Assembly (NCBI RefSeq): GCF_006345805.1
Contig: NC_043006.1
Coordinates: 20,026,001-20,090,000 of the forward strand
Direction: 5' to 3'
From: Octopus sinensis
Taxonomy: Eukaryota
DNA length: 64,000 bases
Positions within the stretch are counted from its first letter, which is position 1; every line of letters begins with the position of its first letter. The notes under the pieces were generated by a model. The model saw only the letters and a list, made by a program, of their open reading frames with translations, did no database searches and was not told the DNA's origin. The position numbers were made by a program, and so were the translations under genes. Of the stretch, positions 1 to 12,940 are shown piece after piece.

Positions 1-235
1 TTTTATCGACTCCGAAAGGATGAAAGGCAAAGTCGACCTCGGCGGAATTTGAACTCACAACGTGAAGACGGGCGAAATGCTGCTAAGCATTTTGCCCCGT
101 GTGTTAACGATTCTGTTAGATCGCCACCTTTTTTAATGATAATCATAATAATACATTCTATTATAGGCACAAGGCCTGAAATTATGTAGGAGTGGGGGGG
201 GGGCTAGCCAATTACGTTAATCTCAGCACTTAACT

Positions 236-672
236 CTCTTTTACTCTTTTCCTGTGGCCATGCTGGAGCACCGCCTTTAGTCGAGCAAATCGGCCCCAGG
301 ACTTATTCTTTGTAAGCCTAGTACTTATTCTATCGGTCTCTTTTGCCGAACCGCTAAGTTACGGGAACGTAAACACACCAGCATCGACTGTCAAGCGATG
401 CTGGGGGGACAAGCACAGACACACAAACATATACACATACATACATATATACATACATATATCTATAAATATACATACATACATACATACATACATACAT
501 ACATACATACATACATACGACGGGCTTCTTTCAGTTTCCATCAACCAAATTCACTCACAAGGCTTTGGTCGGCCCGAGGCTATAGTACAAGACACTTGCC
601 CAAGGTGCCACGCAGTGGGACTGAACCCGGAACCATGTGGTTCGTATGCAAGCTACTTACCACACAGCCACT
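236..672 (-). mobile_element. SINE family C (tRNA-like head, CORE-like motif, internal microsatellite)
   Basis: Reverse complement of GGCTGTGTGGTAAGTAGCTTG...CTTGGGCAAGTGTCTT...(TA/TG)n...GGTGCTCCAGCATGGCC, which recurs more than 10 times in the window. Confidence 0.85.
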
Positions 673-1933
673 TAATAGGTAGTTCTTTCTTCGACCCCGA
701 AAGGATGAAAGGCGAAGTCGAATTCGGCAGCATTTGAACGAAAAGAACCGAAAGAACTGTCACTAAGCATTTTGTCAATAATAATAATTCTTTCAACTAT
801 ATGTACAAGTTCCTAAATCTTGGGGCAAGGAGCAAGTCGATTGTATCGACTCCAGTACGCAACTGGTACTTATTTTATTGAGCCTGAAAAATTCATTGTC
901 ACCATTATGTTGGTAGTTTCGTTCGCAGCGAAACAATATAATGTACAAGTTTGATAAAAAAACAAAAAGGCCTCATAGTTTCAGCGGTGGTGCCCCAGCA
1001 TGGCCGCAGCCTTCTGGCTAAAACATTTTTAAGGATTTTAAGGATAGTTGCAGAAATACAGAACGAGAAAGTCCTCTAGTATATCTTATAAATGTTTCCT
1101 TTGACAGAATAATTTTGTGGACTTTTTTTTTTTTGATATCTTTTGTTATTTTTGATATTTTTATCACCAAATATTTAGAAATGAATTGCAATAATTTCTT
1201 CTCCATCAGAGAAAAAACTTCCGCTAAATTAATTTCATGGTACGATTCTATTTTTCGTCGTTAAAATTTCCTTCTTTCAATAAATATACACTATCTTCTA
1301 TTTTGATTTTCCGCCGTTTTCCCTACCAATATTTTCTTTCTCTAACTCAGATCCAAGCAGTAACATCAGTTTTGCTTCTATTTAAATGTGATGCCGCGTT
1401 TTGTAATGTCTATTTAGGTCGTATTTTAAATCATGTGAGAACTAGTCTAACAAACAATGCACAACGGTTTTCGTGAAGGATTCGATATAAATAAGAATTC
1501 ATTTTCCCACTGTCCATTGGAGTCACACAGCCTATCACGTTCTCCTTTTCATTTATTCATTATATATCACACTGCAATCATTAAAAAAGTCTAATTTCCG
1601 AAAAACACTACAAATGCACAAACTTTTAAGTTTAGCTACAGATTTTCTATAGAGCCCAGAGCCAGCACTGAAAGTTACGACGCTTCGTATACGAATACGT
1701 TTATGTAAGCAAAGCGACTGAAGATAGAGAAAATAAGAAATGGTTGTACATGCATATTTCAAGAGTCATTGCTCTTTCATCAGCACCACATCCGACCCAA
1801 CAGTTATTCACGAACACATTGCTTAAAAGCCCACTGAGTTTAGCAGTGTAACACTATTGGATAGACCAATTTATGTATTTCACACATTTCTGGCATCTGA
1901 TACTTAAATATTAATTCTTAGCAAGGTCATAGT

Positions 1934-2346
1934 GGAAGCACTCCGTCTGTTACGACGACGAGGGTTCCGGTTGATCCGAATCAACGGAACAGCCTGCTCG
2001 TGAAATTAACGTGTAAGTGGCTGAGCACTCCACAGACACGTGTACCCTTAACGTAGTTCTCGGGGATATTCAGCGTGACACAGAGAGTGACAAGGCCGGC
2101 CCTTTGAAATACAGGTACAACAGAAACAGGAAGTAAGAGTGAGAGAAAGTTGTGATGAAAGAGTACAGCAGGGATCACCACCACCCCTGCCGGAGCATCG
2201 TGGAGCTTTAGGTGTTTTCGCTCAATAAACACTCACAACGCCCGGTCTGGGAATCGAAACCGCGATCCTATGACCGTGAGTCCGCTGCCCTAACCACTGG
2301 GCCATTGCGCCTCCACGGTTTGTATGTATTTTCTATTGCGCCTCCA
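1934..2346 (-). mobile_element. SINE family A (tRNA-derived, ~380 bp)
   Basis: Head GGAGGCGCAATGGCCCAGTGGTTAGGG...GGTTTCGATTCCC (A/B-box-like); TSD CAAGGTCATAGT at 1922-1933 and 2345-2356; duplicated 5' tip. Confidence 0.9.
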
Positions 2347-2528
2347 AGGTCATAGTATTTCGTTTTGCAATCATAATAAGCTACCAAATATATTAAAGTT
2401 TTACAAGTCAATACTGTCTTGTTTTTGTGTTAGCAATGCGATATTCTTATTTTTAAGTTTATTAGTTCAAAGCCAACACTCCAAATTACGACGTAAATAA
2501 TGTGGCTCTGAGCTCTATAGAAAATCCG

Positions 2529-2825
2529 GGTACTAGTATCGTAGACTGGTCCCGGTTTGCGCACACGCGCAGACGCGCGTCCGCGCTAGCCAGACGTAGG
2601 CAGTCGATCCTAGGAGCTAACTGGCGCATGCACGATATATACATGTATCGATATATACGATATATACTTGTATATATCGTATACAAGTATATATCGTATA
2701 TATCGATACAAGTATATATCGTGCATGCGCCAGTCAGCTCGTAGGATCGACTGCCTACGTCTGGCTAGCACGGACGCGCGTCTGCGCGTGTGCGCAAACC
2801 GGGACCAGTCTACGATACTAGTACC
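2529..2825. mobile_element. Foldback MITE (long TIRs, 9-bp TSD; Mutator- or Merlin-like)
   Basis: Near-perfect palindrome GGTACTAGTATCG...CGATACTAGTACC; TSD GAAAATCCG at 2520-2528 and 2826-2834. Confidence 0.85.
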
Positions 2826-3057
2826 GAAAATCCGTAAGGATAAAGTTTAAAATGAGAACAACACGTTGCTAACACAAAAAAAGCAAGATCAAATAGGTAC
2901 CGAAATTTGAAAACAATTATGACAGCGAGCTGGCTGAAATGTAAGCACCCCTGGGGGGAATGCTTAGCGACATTTCGTTCGTCTTTACGTTCTGAGTTTA
3001 AATTCCGCCGAGGTCGACTTTACCTTTTATCCTTTTGGGATCCATAAAATAAACTGA

Positions 3058-3202
3058 TGATCACCACCATCCCCTGCCGGAGCCTCGTGGAGCTTTTAGG
3101 TGTTTTCGCTCAATAAACACTCACAACGCCCGGTCTGGGAATCGAAACCGCGATCCTACGACCGCGAGTCCGCTGCCCTAACCACTGGGCCATTGCGCCT
3201 CC
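3058..3202 (-). mobile_element. SINE A, 5' fragment
   Basis: Matches the family A head. Confidence 0.8.
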
Positions 3203-3592
3203 ACAACTTACTTGCATATGACAAGCCCATGAAAGGCGATGAGAGCCTCGATCCAAGACATTCATCTTCCACCGCCCTCCGCTTCTGTCTCCAGCACATT
3301 GTTTCTCACGGGAACGGACGTGGCTGATAAGACCGATACGAGATAGGAAGATCCTGTGGCAAAGAGGGCAATGAAAGTGACCCTGAATAACAGCTGCTGA
3401 GGTTTGATGACGACGTCTCCTCCTCCCTTAATTTAGTCTCCTGCGTTCAGTTTCAAATTGCTCTATTCCAGCAGCATATATGGCTATCTATGCATTCTGA
3501 TTAGCAGCCAGGGAGCCAACCCACCATAAAGGATGACTGAAAAAGCAGCCAAATCTCCCGCAGGTCACATTACAATGTTGTTTTAATGAAAT

Positions 3593-3978
3593 GGATGGAA
3601 GCACTCCGTCGGTTACGACGATGAGGGTTCCGGTTGATCCGATCAACGGAACAGCCTGCTCGTGAAATTAACGTGTAAGTGGCTGAGCACTCCACAGACA
3701 CGTGTACCCTTAACGTAGTTCTCGGGGATATTCAGCGTGACACAGAGAGTGACAAGGCCGGCCCTTTGAAATACAGGTACAACAGAAACAGGAAGTAAGA
3801 GTGAGAGAAAGTTGTGGTGAAAGAGTACAGCAGGGATCACCACCATCCCCTGCCGGAGCCTCGTGGAGCTTTTAGGTGTTTTCGCTCAATAAACACTCAC
3901 AACGCCCGGTCTGAGAATCGAAACCGCGATCCTATGACCGCGAGTCCGCTGCCCTAACCACTGAGCCATTGCGCCTCC
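3593..3978 (-). mobile_element. SINE A, full length
   Basis: Full match to family A; TSD TGTTTTAATGAAAT on both sides. Confidence 0.9.
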
Positions 3979-4331
3979 TGTTTTAATGAAATATCACATT
4001 GGACAATCTAGTCCTTAAGCAGAGGCTGGTCATAGTTGAGACGACTTTATGATAAGTCGACTGAGCCAGAGCTGCCATGGAGCTAAACCACAAATCTGGA
4101 ACCAAGTATTCCGGAAAATTAAAGGTATATCGGTGTTATCCAACAGTGGTTTTCTGCATTAGTTACGGATAAGAAGGTAAATAAGTGTTAATTTCTTGTT
4201 TGACTAAAGTTTCCAATTACACCAACTTTACAAAAAAGAGCAGACGAAATCTTATGGGCCTGGTTGCTCTCGAGGGCTAAATCTTGAAGTTAATAAATAT
4301 ATAATTACGACATTATATTTGTAAATTACTC

Positions 4332-4741
4332 GGATCTTTTCGGTTTGAACGGCAGTTTTTTCTAGCGGTGTCATATGAAATTGTCACCCATAATTATGAC
4401 CCTAGTATCGATCTATTGCATTTCAATCTGTTTTAGGGTTAGGGTGGGGGGAAGGGTATCTTTTTTTTCTTCACAAATGTAAATAAACCCAATCTGTTTC
4501 TTAAACGAGGGACATATTCATATGGCAAAGAATGTTTTTTACCTGAATAGTGTCAGTGATTGGTTGAAATTGCAGAAATTGAAGAAAAAAACAACAAATA
4601 TCTTACAAACTATAAAATGTTCTCAATAAAGCCAAGAGAAAAAGATGTTTTATAAACACATTCTACCAGTATACGAAGTTTAAAATTTTTTTAGTTACCT
4701 AGAAATTATGTTAAAAACTGCCGTTCAAACCGAAAAGATCC
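4332..4741. mobile_element. MITE with GGATCTTTTCGGTTTGAACGGCAG TIRs and 8-bp TSD (Merlin- or hAT-like)
   Basis: TIRs at both ends; TSD AATTACTC at 4324-4331 and 4742-4749; internal TTAGGG repeats. Confidence 0.85.
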
Positions 4742-4799
4742 AATTACTCGATATTATAATTATACTGTGTATGTTATTCTTAGGATCCTAAGTAAGATA

Positions 4800-5140
4800 G
4801 ATACTACTAGCGAACAGTGGTCCCGGTGCGCGCACTCGTGCATCCGCGCTAGCTAGTCGTAAGTAGCCGATCCTACAACGACTTTTTAACCCTAACCTTA
4901 AGCCTAACCCTAACCCTAACCTTAGTTTGTTTATAAAAATAATTTATTTACTTAGTTTAAAAAATTATTTACTTTGCGTTTTATTTACTTTGTTCGAAAA
5001 CTATTATTTAATTTTCTTTGATATGTATTCCGCCTTGAAATACAAACATATGCGCAAGTCGTTGTAGGATCGACTACTTACGACTAGCCAGCGCGGATGC
5101 GCGAGTGCGCGCACCGGAACCACTGTTCGCTAGTAGTACC
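4800..5140. mobile_element. Foldback MITE related to 2529-2825
   Basis: ~80-bp TIRs (TACTACTAGCGAACAGTGG...); 9-bp TSD AGTAAGATA/AGTAACATA; internal CCCTAA repeats. Confidence 0.8.
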
Positions 5141-5376
5141 AGTAACATAGATGTTGCTGTTATGTGCTAACATTTTTTCACTTCCATAAGTTCTTTAAAG
5201 AATATTTTCAATAATACAAAAAATTTGAGCACCCTTCATTTTTTTAAATATATATTCTTAGCTTTTTACGAATTTCAAGTAAAAGTTTTTCTATTTAAAA
5301 AAAAAAAAATAATAAATAACTTTCGCGTGAGTTAAAATATATAAAAGCTCACACTTTATTAGCTTAACCGAAATTC

Positions 5377-6119
5377 GGATCTTTTCGGTTTAAACAGCAG
5401 TTTTTAACATAATTTCTAGGTAACTAAAAAATTTTAAAATTCGTATACTGGTAGAATGTGTTTATAAAACATCATTTTCTCTTGGCTTTATTGAGAAAAT
5501 TCTATAGTTTGTAAGATATTTCGTTTAAAATTTCTTGCATTTCGACAATTTTAACCAATCAATTACCTCCATTGACGTAAATAACATTCTGTGCATAATG
5601 ACTATGTCCCTCCTTTAAGAAACAGATTGGGTTTATTTACATTTGTGAAGAAACAGAATGTTATTTACCTAAATGGATGCCAGTGATTGGTTAAAATTGC
5701 CGAAATGCAAGAAATTAAAGACGAAATATGTTACAACCTATAGAATTTTCTCAATAAAGCCAAGAGAAAATGATGTTTTATAAACACATTCTACCAGTAT
5801 ATGAATTTTAAAACATTTTAGTTACCTAGAAATTATGTTACAAACTGCCGTTCAAAAGGAAAAGATCCAAGTTCTGCAATTTCAACCAATTAATGACGTC
5901 CATTGAGGTAAAAAAAACATTCTGTGCCGTATGAATATGTCCCTCGTTTAAGAAACAGATTGGGTTTATTTACATTTGTGAAGAAAAAAAGATACCCCCC
6001 CCCCTAACCCTAACCCTAAAACAGATTGAAATGCAATAGATCGATACTAGGGTCATAATTATGGGTGACAATTTCATATGACACCGCTAGAAAAACTGCC
6101 GGTCAAACCGAAAAGATCC
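5377..6119. mobile_element. Inverted copy of the GGATC MITE with a nested, opposite-orientation partial copy (~5600-5868)
   Basis: Outer TIRs; TSD CGAAATTC/CGAAGTTC; extra internal TIR ending at 5868. Confidence 0.75.
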
Positions 6120-7533
6120 CGAAGTTCCCATTCTTTCATATCTTCATTCAAAATTGTTCATGTTATATTGAAGTTCTATAAGATTAGAATCCGGCGGCAA
6201 GCTGGCGCACTCGTTAACGCATCGTGGAAAATAGTTGGCGGCATTTTTATTTTTATTTTTTTTTTTGCTCTTTACTTCCAAGTTCAAATCCAGTCGTGGT
6301 GAATTCTGCCTTCGAGGCCAATAAAATAAAGTACCAGTCAAATCGTGGGTTCGGTTTTATCGACTTTAAACCCCTTCATCTCTAAAATTACCAGAAATTT
6401 GAAACATTTTCTTATGTACATTTAGTTAAACGTGATGAATTTCAGATTAGTTTCTTAATTATTTCTAATTAATATCGCTTCATCAAAACCTTCAACCATA
6501 TTTAAATTTTGTTTCTCTTTTACTTTCAAATTTTCAACGAATTCAGCACGTCTTTGACATTTGAATCTTTGAACTATCTAGAAAAATGGCATTTGATACT
6601 TTTCTAAATATTAAGTTTTCTGTCAAAGTTTTTTTCTTTTTCCAGTTATATAATCGTAGAATTATGAAACAATTTGAAGTCTTCTATAATCCCCTTAATC
6701 CTTGCGGCATACGAATTTTTTAAATGATGGTGAACATGATAACCAAAAAATTCTTCAAATCCTCATCACATGCTTTTTAAATTATTTTTAAATTAAATAA
6801 AGCAAATTGAAAACATCTGCTACCGAAGTTTCGGTTATCCTTAAGTGTTTTTAACGTCTACTTCGAATATCTCCATTAAAGACCAAATATATTACCAATG
6901 GTATCCCTGTTGAATCTTCTTCCACTGAAAAAGTTTAAATATTTACTTAGAACTATCAGCTGGTCTGTTTAAAGAATAAGAACTTAATACTTTCGAAGAA
7001 TGCAAAAAATTTTCAATATACAGGTGTATTGAAAAAAATATATAAGTTTATGACAATGGATTTCTTTAAAATTCCTATTTAGTTTACTACCTGGTTGGCG
7101 TATGTCAGTGGTTGACTCATAACGATAAATTCCTTTAAAATTCTATCATTACATAAATGAAAATCTGAGATTTCGCGTCATTTTGCTGACACAAGATGCT
7201 GATGTATTTTGAATACTTCCATGAAATAAATTCGTTGATTGATTCGTTACTCACCACTCTGTTTCAAAAGAAGAAAATGCAAAAATTATTTGCAAAATTT
7301 AAAAACGATTATCCTTCCTTTATTTTCACTTAATATTGGTATTTTGCGAAAGTTCAACTCTTTATGGTTTCCTGATTCCCACAGAGAATCTGTCCTCGAA
7401 TCTTAGAAGAATCGATACTACCGGTTGCCTCGAATACAAGGGATCCCAGCTGCGATTTTACCTAAACTAAAAGGATACAAAACACACACACACACACATA
7501 CAAATACACAAACATAAACACACGCACACGCTC

Positions 7534-7534
7534 T

Positions 7535-7622
<88 letters not shown>
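7534..7622. repeat. (CT)n microsatellite
   Basis: Direct sequence. Confidence 0.95.
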
Positions 7623-7626
<4 letters not shown>

Positions 7627-8345
7627 CTTTGAGCAATATTCCATCTCAGGTATTCGGGTATCAATAAAGTTTTATAATCATTACTGAAGTAAAATTGTTA
7701 TAAGAGTGAGAGGGAGATAAATATACAGGGACAATAAAATCTATCGCCTCTGACAGAATTTAGATTTAGCATTCTTCAAATATAAACCGCTGCCGCAGCA
7801 CACTGTAGTCGACTGTGCATCTTTTTGTACTTAAGGCTGTGAACATTAGAACATTAAATAGAATGCTATGTTGTATGTTTAGTCACAGGCGTGACTATGC
7901 GGTTAAGAAGTTTGCTTTGCAATTACATGATACCAAATTTGATACCACTCTGCTTTACCTTAAGTAAGTGAAGCCATGGGTCAACCAAAGCCATTTGAAA
8001 GAAATTTTAGTACAGGAAACCTATGCTTAATAAGATGGAAAAAATCTAGTATTCGTTGGTTGACTCTACCACCAAGTAGAGGTCTATGCTTTGTGGTAGA
8101 ATTAATCCAAGGTCGCTCGGTTTAACTCCGCCACCTTGACCTTCAATGTTTCCAGTGGATCCCTCTCTGCTGCAAGCTCCCCGTAGTACCCTGGTTTGTA
8201 AATAACTTCTTCCCTTCATTTACGAATCTTAGGGGTCCTGCATATAATCTCGGATGATGGTCTTTCTCCACAGATTTAACTCTATTATAAGCCTCAGGAC
8301 TCATAAGTCCAAAGTTTAACATAGTTTCCATGGTGTATAAATAAA

Positions 8346-8581
8346 AGGCGGCGAGCTGGCAGAACCGTTAGCACGCCGGGCGAAATGCGAAGCCGTATTT
8401 CGTCTGCCGTTACGTTCTGAGTTCAAATTCCGCCGAGGTCGACTTTGCCTTTCATCCTTTCGGGGTCGATAAATAAAGTACCAGTTACGCACTGGGGTCG
8501 ATATAATCGACTTAATCTGTGTGTGTGTCTGTCCGTGTTTGTCCTCTCTGTGTTTAGCCCCTTGTGGGTAGTAAAGAAACA
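8346..8581 (+). mobile_element. SINE family B, monomer
   Basis: GGCGAGCTGGCAGAA...GAGGTCGACTTTGCCTTTCATCC...GTGGGTAGTAAAGAAA; 17-bp TSD CATGGTGTATAAATAAA at 8329-8345 and 8582-8598. Confidence 0.9.
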
Positions 8582-8729
8582 CATGGTGTATAAATAAATG
8601 ACTGACATTACAGGCACTCCCTCCCGAACGGAACGCTGTTACGTCACAGGGTTAACTTCACTGTTATCGCTGGAACTCATTTACATCTGCATGCACTGAA
8701 ATGTGACGTGAAGTGTTTTACTCAAGAAT

Positions 8730-9052
8730 GAGGGCGCGTGGCTTAGTGGTTAAGGCATTCGGCTCATGATCGTAAGGTTGTGAGTTCGATTCCTGGCGAC
8801 GCGTTGTGTCCTTGAGCAAGACACTTTATTTCACGTCGCTCCAGTCCACTCAGCTGGCAAAAATGAGTTGTACTTGTATTTCAAAGAGCCAGCCTTGTCA
8901 CTCTGTGTCACGCTGAATCTCCTTGCGAACTACGTTAAGGGTACACGTGTCTGTGGAATGCTCAGCCATTTGCACGTTAATTTCACGAGCAAGCTGTTCC
9001 GTTGATCATATCAGCTGGGACTCTCATCGTCGTAACTGATGGAGTGCTCCTT
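8730..9052 (+). mobile_element. SINE family D (CORE-like head joined to the family A 3' half)
   Basis: tRNA-like head, then TGTGTCCTTGAGCAAGACACTT, then the A-type tail from TGTATTTCAAAG onward. Confidence 0.8.
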
Positions 9053-9674
9053 TACTCAAGAATACAACTCACCACCCGGTCTGGGAATCGAAATCACAAC
9101 CATACGATCCTGCGTGCAACACCCTAACCGCTAAGCTACACGCCTTCATGATTATAAAATGGCTAAGATTAAACATAACAATTATATAGCCAAGAAAACT
9201 AAGCCATTCAGATTTAAGTGCTTTCGACGAAGATTCTTCCCATATAAGAAGATTCCAGCCTCGCATCATTTGATTCTGTCGGTATTTCAGCTGATCAACC
9301 AACTGATCAATGCCCTATTGATCTGTCTGTAGAAGAAGAAAGCCAATCAAAGACGCCTGTATATGCCATATATGTGTCTGCCATAATATCAATTATTTTT
9401 ATGCCTATATTTAAGACAATTTCTGGCAACTATACAAAAAGCTATGTTAAAAATGTTCCTTATTTCCGAGAAAAGTCCGTATCGTTTCCCAAACGAGGTT
9501 TGTATTTTTCCGTAAAGGTGGAGTTTCATATCCGGAATTTCAATCTAAAGGAATTATTACAGCAGTTTTAATTATTTTTTAACCGAATATTTCAGCAGCA
9601 GTTCATTGTTCATATTACTCTGTACTGACCTGATAACCTGTCTTTCAGTTTGAATCAACATGTATTATACATGA

Positions 9675-9713
<39 letters not shown>

Positions 9714-9740
9714 AGTGCATTTTATCTTTTACTTGTTTCA

Positions 9741-10157
9741 TATTTCTTTACTGCCCACAAGGGGCTAAACACAGAGGGGACAAACAAGGACAGACGAACG
9801 GATTAAGTCGATTATATCGACCCCTGTGTGTAACTGGTACTTATTTAGTCGACCCCGAAAGGATGAAAGGCAAAGTCGACCTCGGCGGAATTTGAACTCA
9901 GAACGTAAAGACAGACGAAATACCTATTTCTTTACTACCCACAAGGGGCTAAACACAGAAGGGACAAACAAGGACAGACGAACAGATTAAGTCGATTATA
10001 TCGACCCCTGTGCGTAACTGGTACTTAATTTATCGAACCCGAAAGGATGAAAGGCAAAGTCGACCTCGGCGGAATTTGAACTCAGAACGTAGCGGCAGAC
10101 GAAATACCGCTGAGCATTTCGCCCGGCGTGCTAACGTTTCTGCCAGCTCATCGCCTT
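9741..10157 (-). mobile_element. SINE B dimer inserted in a SINE C tail
   Basis: Two bodies, one head; 16-bp TSD TCTTTTACTTGTTTCA at 9725-9740 and 10158-10173. Confidence 0.9.
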
Positions 10158-10430
10158 TCTTTTACTTGTTTCAGCTATTAGACTGCGGCTTTGCTGGGGC
10201 ACCTCTTGAAGAATTTTAGTCAAACCAATCCACCCCAATACTTATTTTCTTTTTAAGCCTGGTAGCTTATTCTATCGGTTCATTTTGGCAAACCGCTTGG
10301 TTACGGGGACGCAAACACACCAACACTCGTTGTCAAGCGGCGGTGGGGGACAAACACGGACACAAGCACAAACACACAAAGATATATATATATATGTGTG
10401 TGTTGTGTGTGTGTGTGTTGTGTGTGTGTA

Positions 10431-10728
10431 GGGAGGCGCAATGGCCCAGTGGTTAGGGCAGCGGACTCGCGGTCGTAGGATCGCGGTTTCGATTCCCAGA
10501 CCAGGCGTTGTGAGTGTTTATTGAGCGAAAACACCTAATGCTCCACGAGGCTCCGGCAGGGGATGGTGGCGGCCCCTGCTGTGCTCTTTCGCTACAACTT
10601 TGTCTCACTCTTTCTTCTGTTGGCCTGCTCGCTTAGCCAGCGGGGTGGCGTCATTTGATGGTTAAAACAATGCGATGCGCATTGTGACCAGCGATGTGTA
10701 ACAACATCTAATAGCCTGGTCGATCACG

Positions 10729-10735
<7 letters not shown>
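10431..10735 (+). mobile_element. SINE A' (A head with an alternative 3' half)
   Basis: A head, then GGCCTGCTCGCTTAGCCAGCGGGGTGGCG...GATCACGGTGAT; the same tail recurs at ~50100-50220 and ~53825-53945 in reverse orientation. Confidence 0.8.
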
Positions 10736-10765
<30 letters not shown>

Positions 10766-11000
10766 TACACACACACATGCATGTGCATGTGTGTATATCT
10801 ATCGAAAAGACAACAGTTGAGTGAATTGTAACTACCGACGCATCTAAAGAAAGCTATATTCACCATGGTAGATGCATATATTCGTATCTTAAAGTAGTTT
10901 GTTACGCATTAAATATATAGACTCACAAAAGGTATGGTGATGCAAACAGGAAAAATAGAACCCAAAATATGAGTATATGTATATTTTTATTAATATTTAG

Positions 11001-11186
11001 CAGGCGCAGGAGGGGCTGTGTGGTAAGTAGCTTGCTTACCAGCCACATGGTTCCGGGTTCAGTCCCACTGCGTGGCACCTTGGGCAAGTGTCTTCTACTA
11101 TAGCTGCGGGTCGACCAAAGCCTTGTGAGTGGATTTGGTAGACGGAAACTGAAAGAAGCCAGTCGTATATATATATATATATGTGT

Positions 11187-11246
<60 letters not shown>

Positions 11247-11260
11247 CGTGCGTGTGTAGT
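11001..11260 (+). mobile_element. SINE C, 5' part
   Basis: Family C head and microsatellite. Confidence 0.8.
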
Positions 11261-11289
11261 CTACTGTTCCGTTAGACTGTAATAAAGTG

Positions 11290-11452
11290 TCTTACAGCCT
11301 TGTTCTCAGTTGTTGGTAGGCCCAGTTATGTACATTCAGATCGTGGAACTGCCTTTAAGAATGGTTCCCCAGTAAGGGCATTGCAACGAGTAGGACGACA
11401 CCATACAATCCCACTGGGAACAGTCAAGTAGAAAGATATAATGGTATTGTGT
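11290..11452 (+). pseudogene. Gypsy-type integrase core fragment
   Basis: Hand translation with frameshifts gives GRPSYVHSDRGTAF...SKGIATSRTTPYNPTGNSQVERYNGI. Confidence 0.75.
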
Positions 11453-11789
11453 TGGCGAGCTGGCTGAAACGTTAGCACGCCGGGCGAAATGCTTAGCGGT
11501 ATTTTGTTTGTCGTTACGTTCTGAGTTCGTACAGGACTATGACTAAAGATTAGTTTCTTTGAACCAGGATTTACTGGTTATACATTACACTGTCCTAGGA
11601 AACCAGCTGGGTCTACCTCAAACAATGCCAGATTTTCCCTCAATGTAACTAACCTGGTGCGCTTTTAATCAGGTGATCAGAAGACGTAGCAGCCACCGAG
11701 TAAACGCCTTCGTCATGTCAAATACATTGTGCAGAATATTCTCAACTCTCTCACGGGAAATGGTCTCTTTTTTTTTTTTACTCTTTTTA

Positions 11790-11925
11790 CTTGTGAACCA
11801 ACCACATGGTTCCAGGTTCAGTCCCACTGCGTGGCATCTTGGGCAAGTGTCTTCTGCTATAGCCCCGGGCCGACCAATGCCTTGTGAGTGGATTTGTAGA
11901 CGGAAACTGAAAGAAGCCTGTCGTA

Positions 11926-11996
<71 letters not shown>

Positions 11997-12210
11997 TTGT
12001 GTGTCTGTGTTTGTCCCCCCTAGCATTACTTGACAACCGATGCTGGTGTGTTTACGTCCCCGTCACTTAGCGGTTCGGCAAAAGAGACCGATAGAATAAG
12101 TACTGGGCTTACAAAGAATAAGTCCCGGGGTCGATTTGCTCGACTAAAGGCGGTGCTCCAGCATGGCCGCAGTCAAATGACTGAAACAAGTAAAAAGAGA
12201 GTAAAGAGTT
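11790..12210 (+). mobile_element. SINE C
   Basis: Match to family C. Confidence 0.85.
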
Positions 12211-12572
12211 ACTTTTGAAGTCTTCTTTGAACAGTCAGATATCGGTTTATCCAGAAACATGTAGCTTTTAATAAAGAAGGTTAATAAGAGACACAATGTC
12301 GTTATTAAGAGGAAGAGTTTAAATTAATGCATGCAAGATTTCTCAGCTTTAACGTTGCTTTTTCATAGTCAGCCAATAAACTTTTTAGCCCATCCTTGTA
12401 CATCAAGGCTGGGTGGAGGGTATGCGGGAGTGGTGGAATGGATGGATGGATTGGGAGGAAGAGATGAAGGGAGGAGTGGATAGATGGATGGATTGAAACG
12501 GATTAGAAGTTCACTATTTCGCTGTGGAAATATTTGTTTTTTAAATGTATTAATATGTTTTTATTTTACTAA

Positions 12573-12940
12573 AGTGGAGGCGCAATGGCCCAGTGGCCCA
12601 GTGGTTAGGGCAGCGGAATCGCGGTCATAGGATCGCGGTTTCGATTCCCGATTATTGAGCGAAAACACCTAAAAGCTCCACGAGGCTTCGGCAGGGGATG
12701 GTGGTGATCCCTGCTGTACTCTTTCACCACAACTTTCTCTCACTCTTTCTTCCTGTATTTCAAAGGGGGCCGGCCTTGTCACTCTCTGCGTCACGCTGAA
12801 TATCCCCGAGAACTACGTTAAGGGTACACGTGTCTGTGGAGTGCTCAGCCACTCACACGTTAATTTCACGAGCAGGCTGTTCCGTTGATTCGGATCAACC
12901 GGAACCGTCGTCGTCGTAACCGACGGAGTGCTTCCATCCA
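12573..12940 (+). mobile_element. SINE A
   Basis: Match to family A with small indels. Confidence 0.85.

Noticed and set aside
1981-2232. Recurrent 'MVVIPAVLFHHNF...' and 'MFSLNKHSQRP...' ORFs (also at 3643, 23650, 24805, 52285, 59663 and others)
   Set aside because: Chance reading frames in SINE A copies
8143-8331. 62-aa orphan ORF on the minus strand (METMLNFGL...)
   Set aside because: No recognisable domain or splice support; short enough to arise by chance
10431-10505. tRNA genes at SINE heads
   Set aside because: A/B-box-like heads run straight into SINE bodies with TSDs; no complete cloverleaf was recognised
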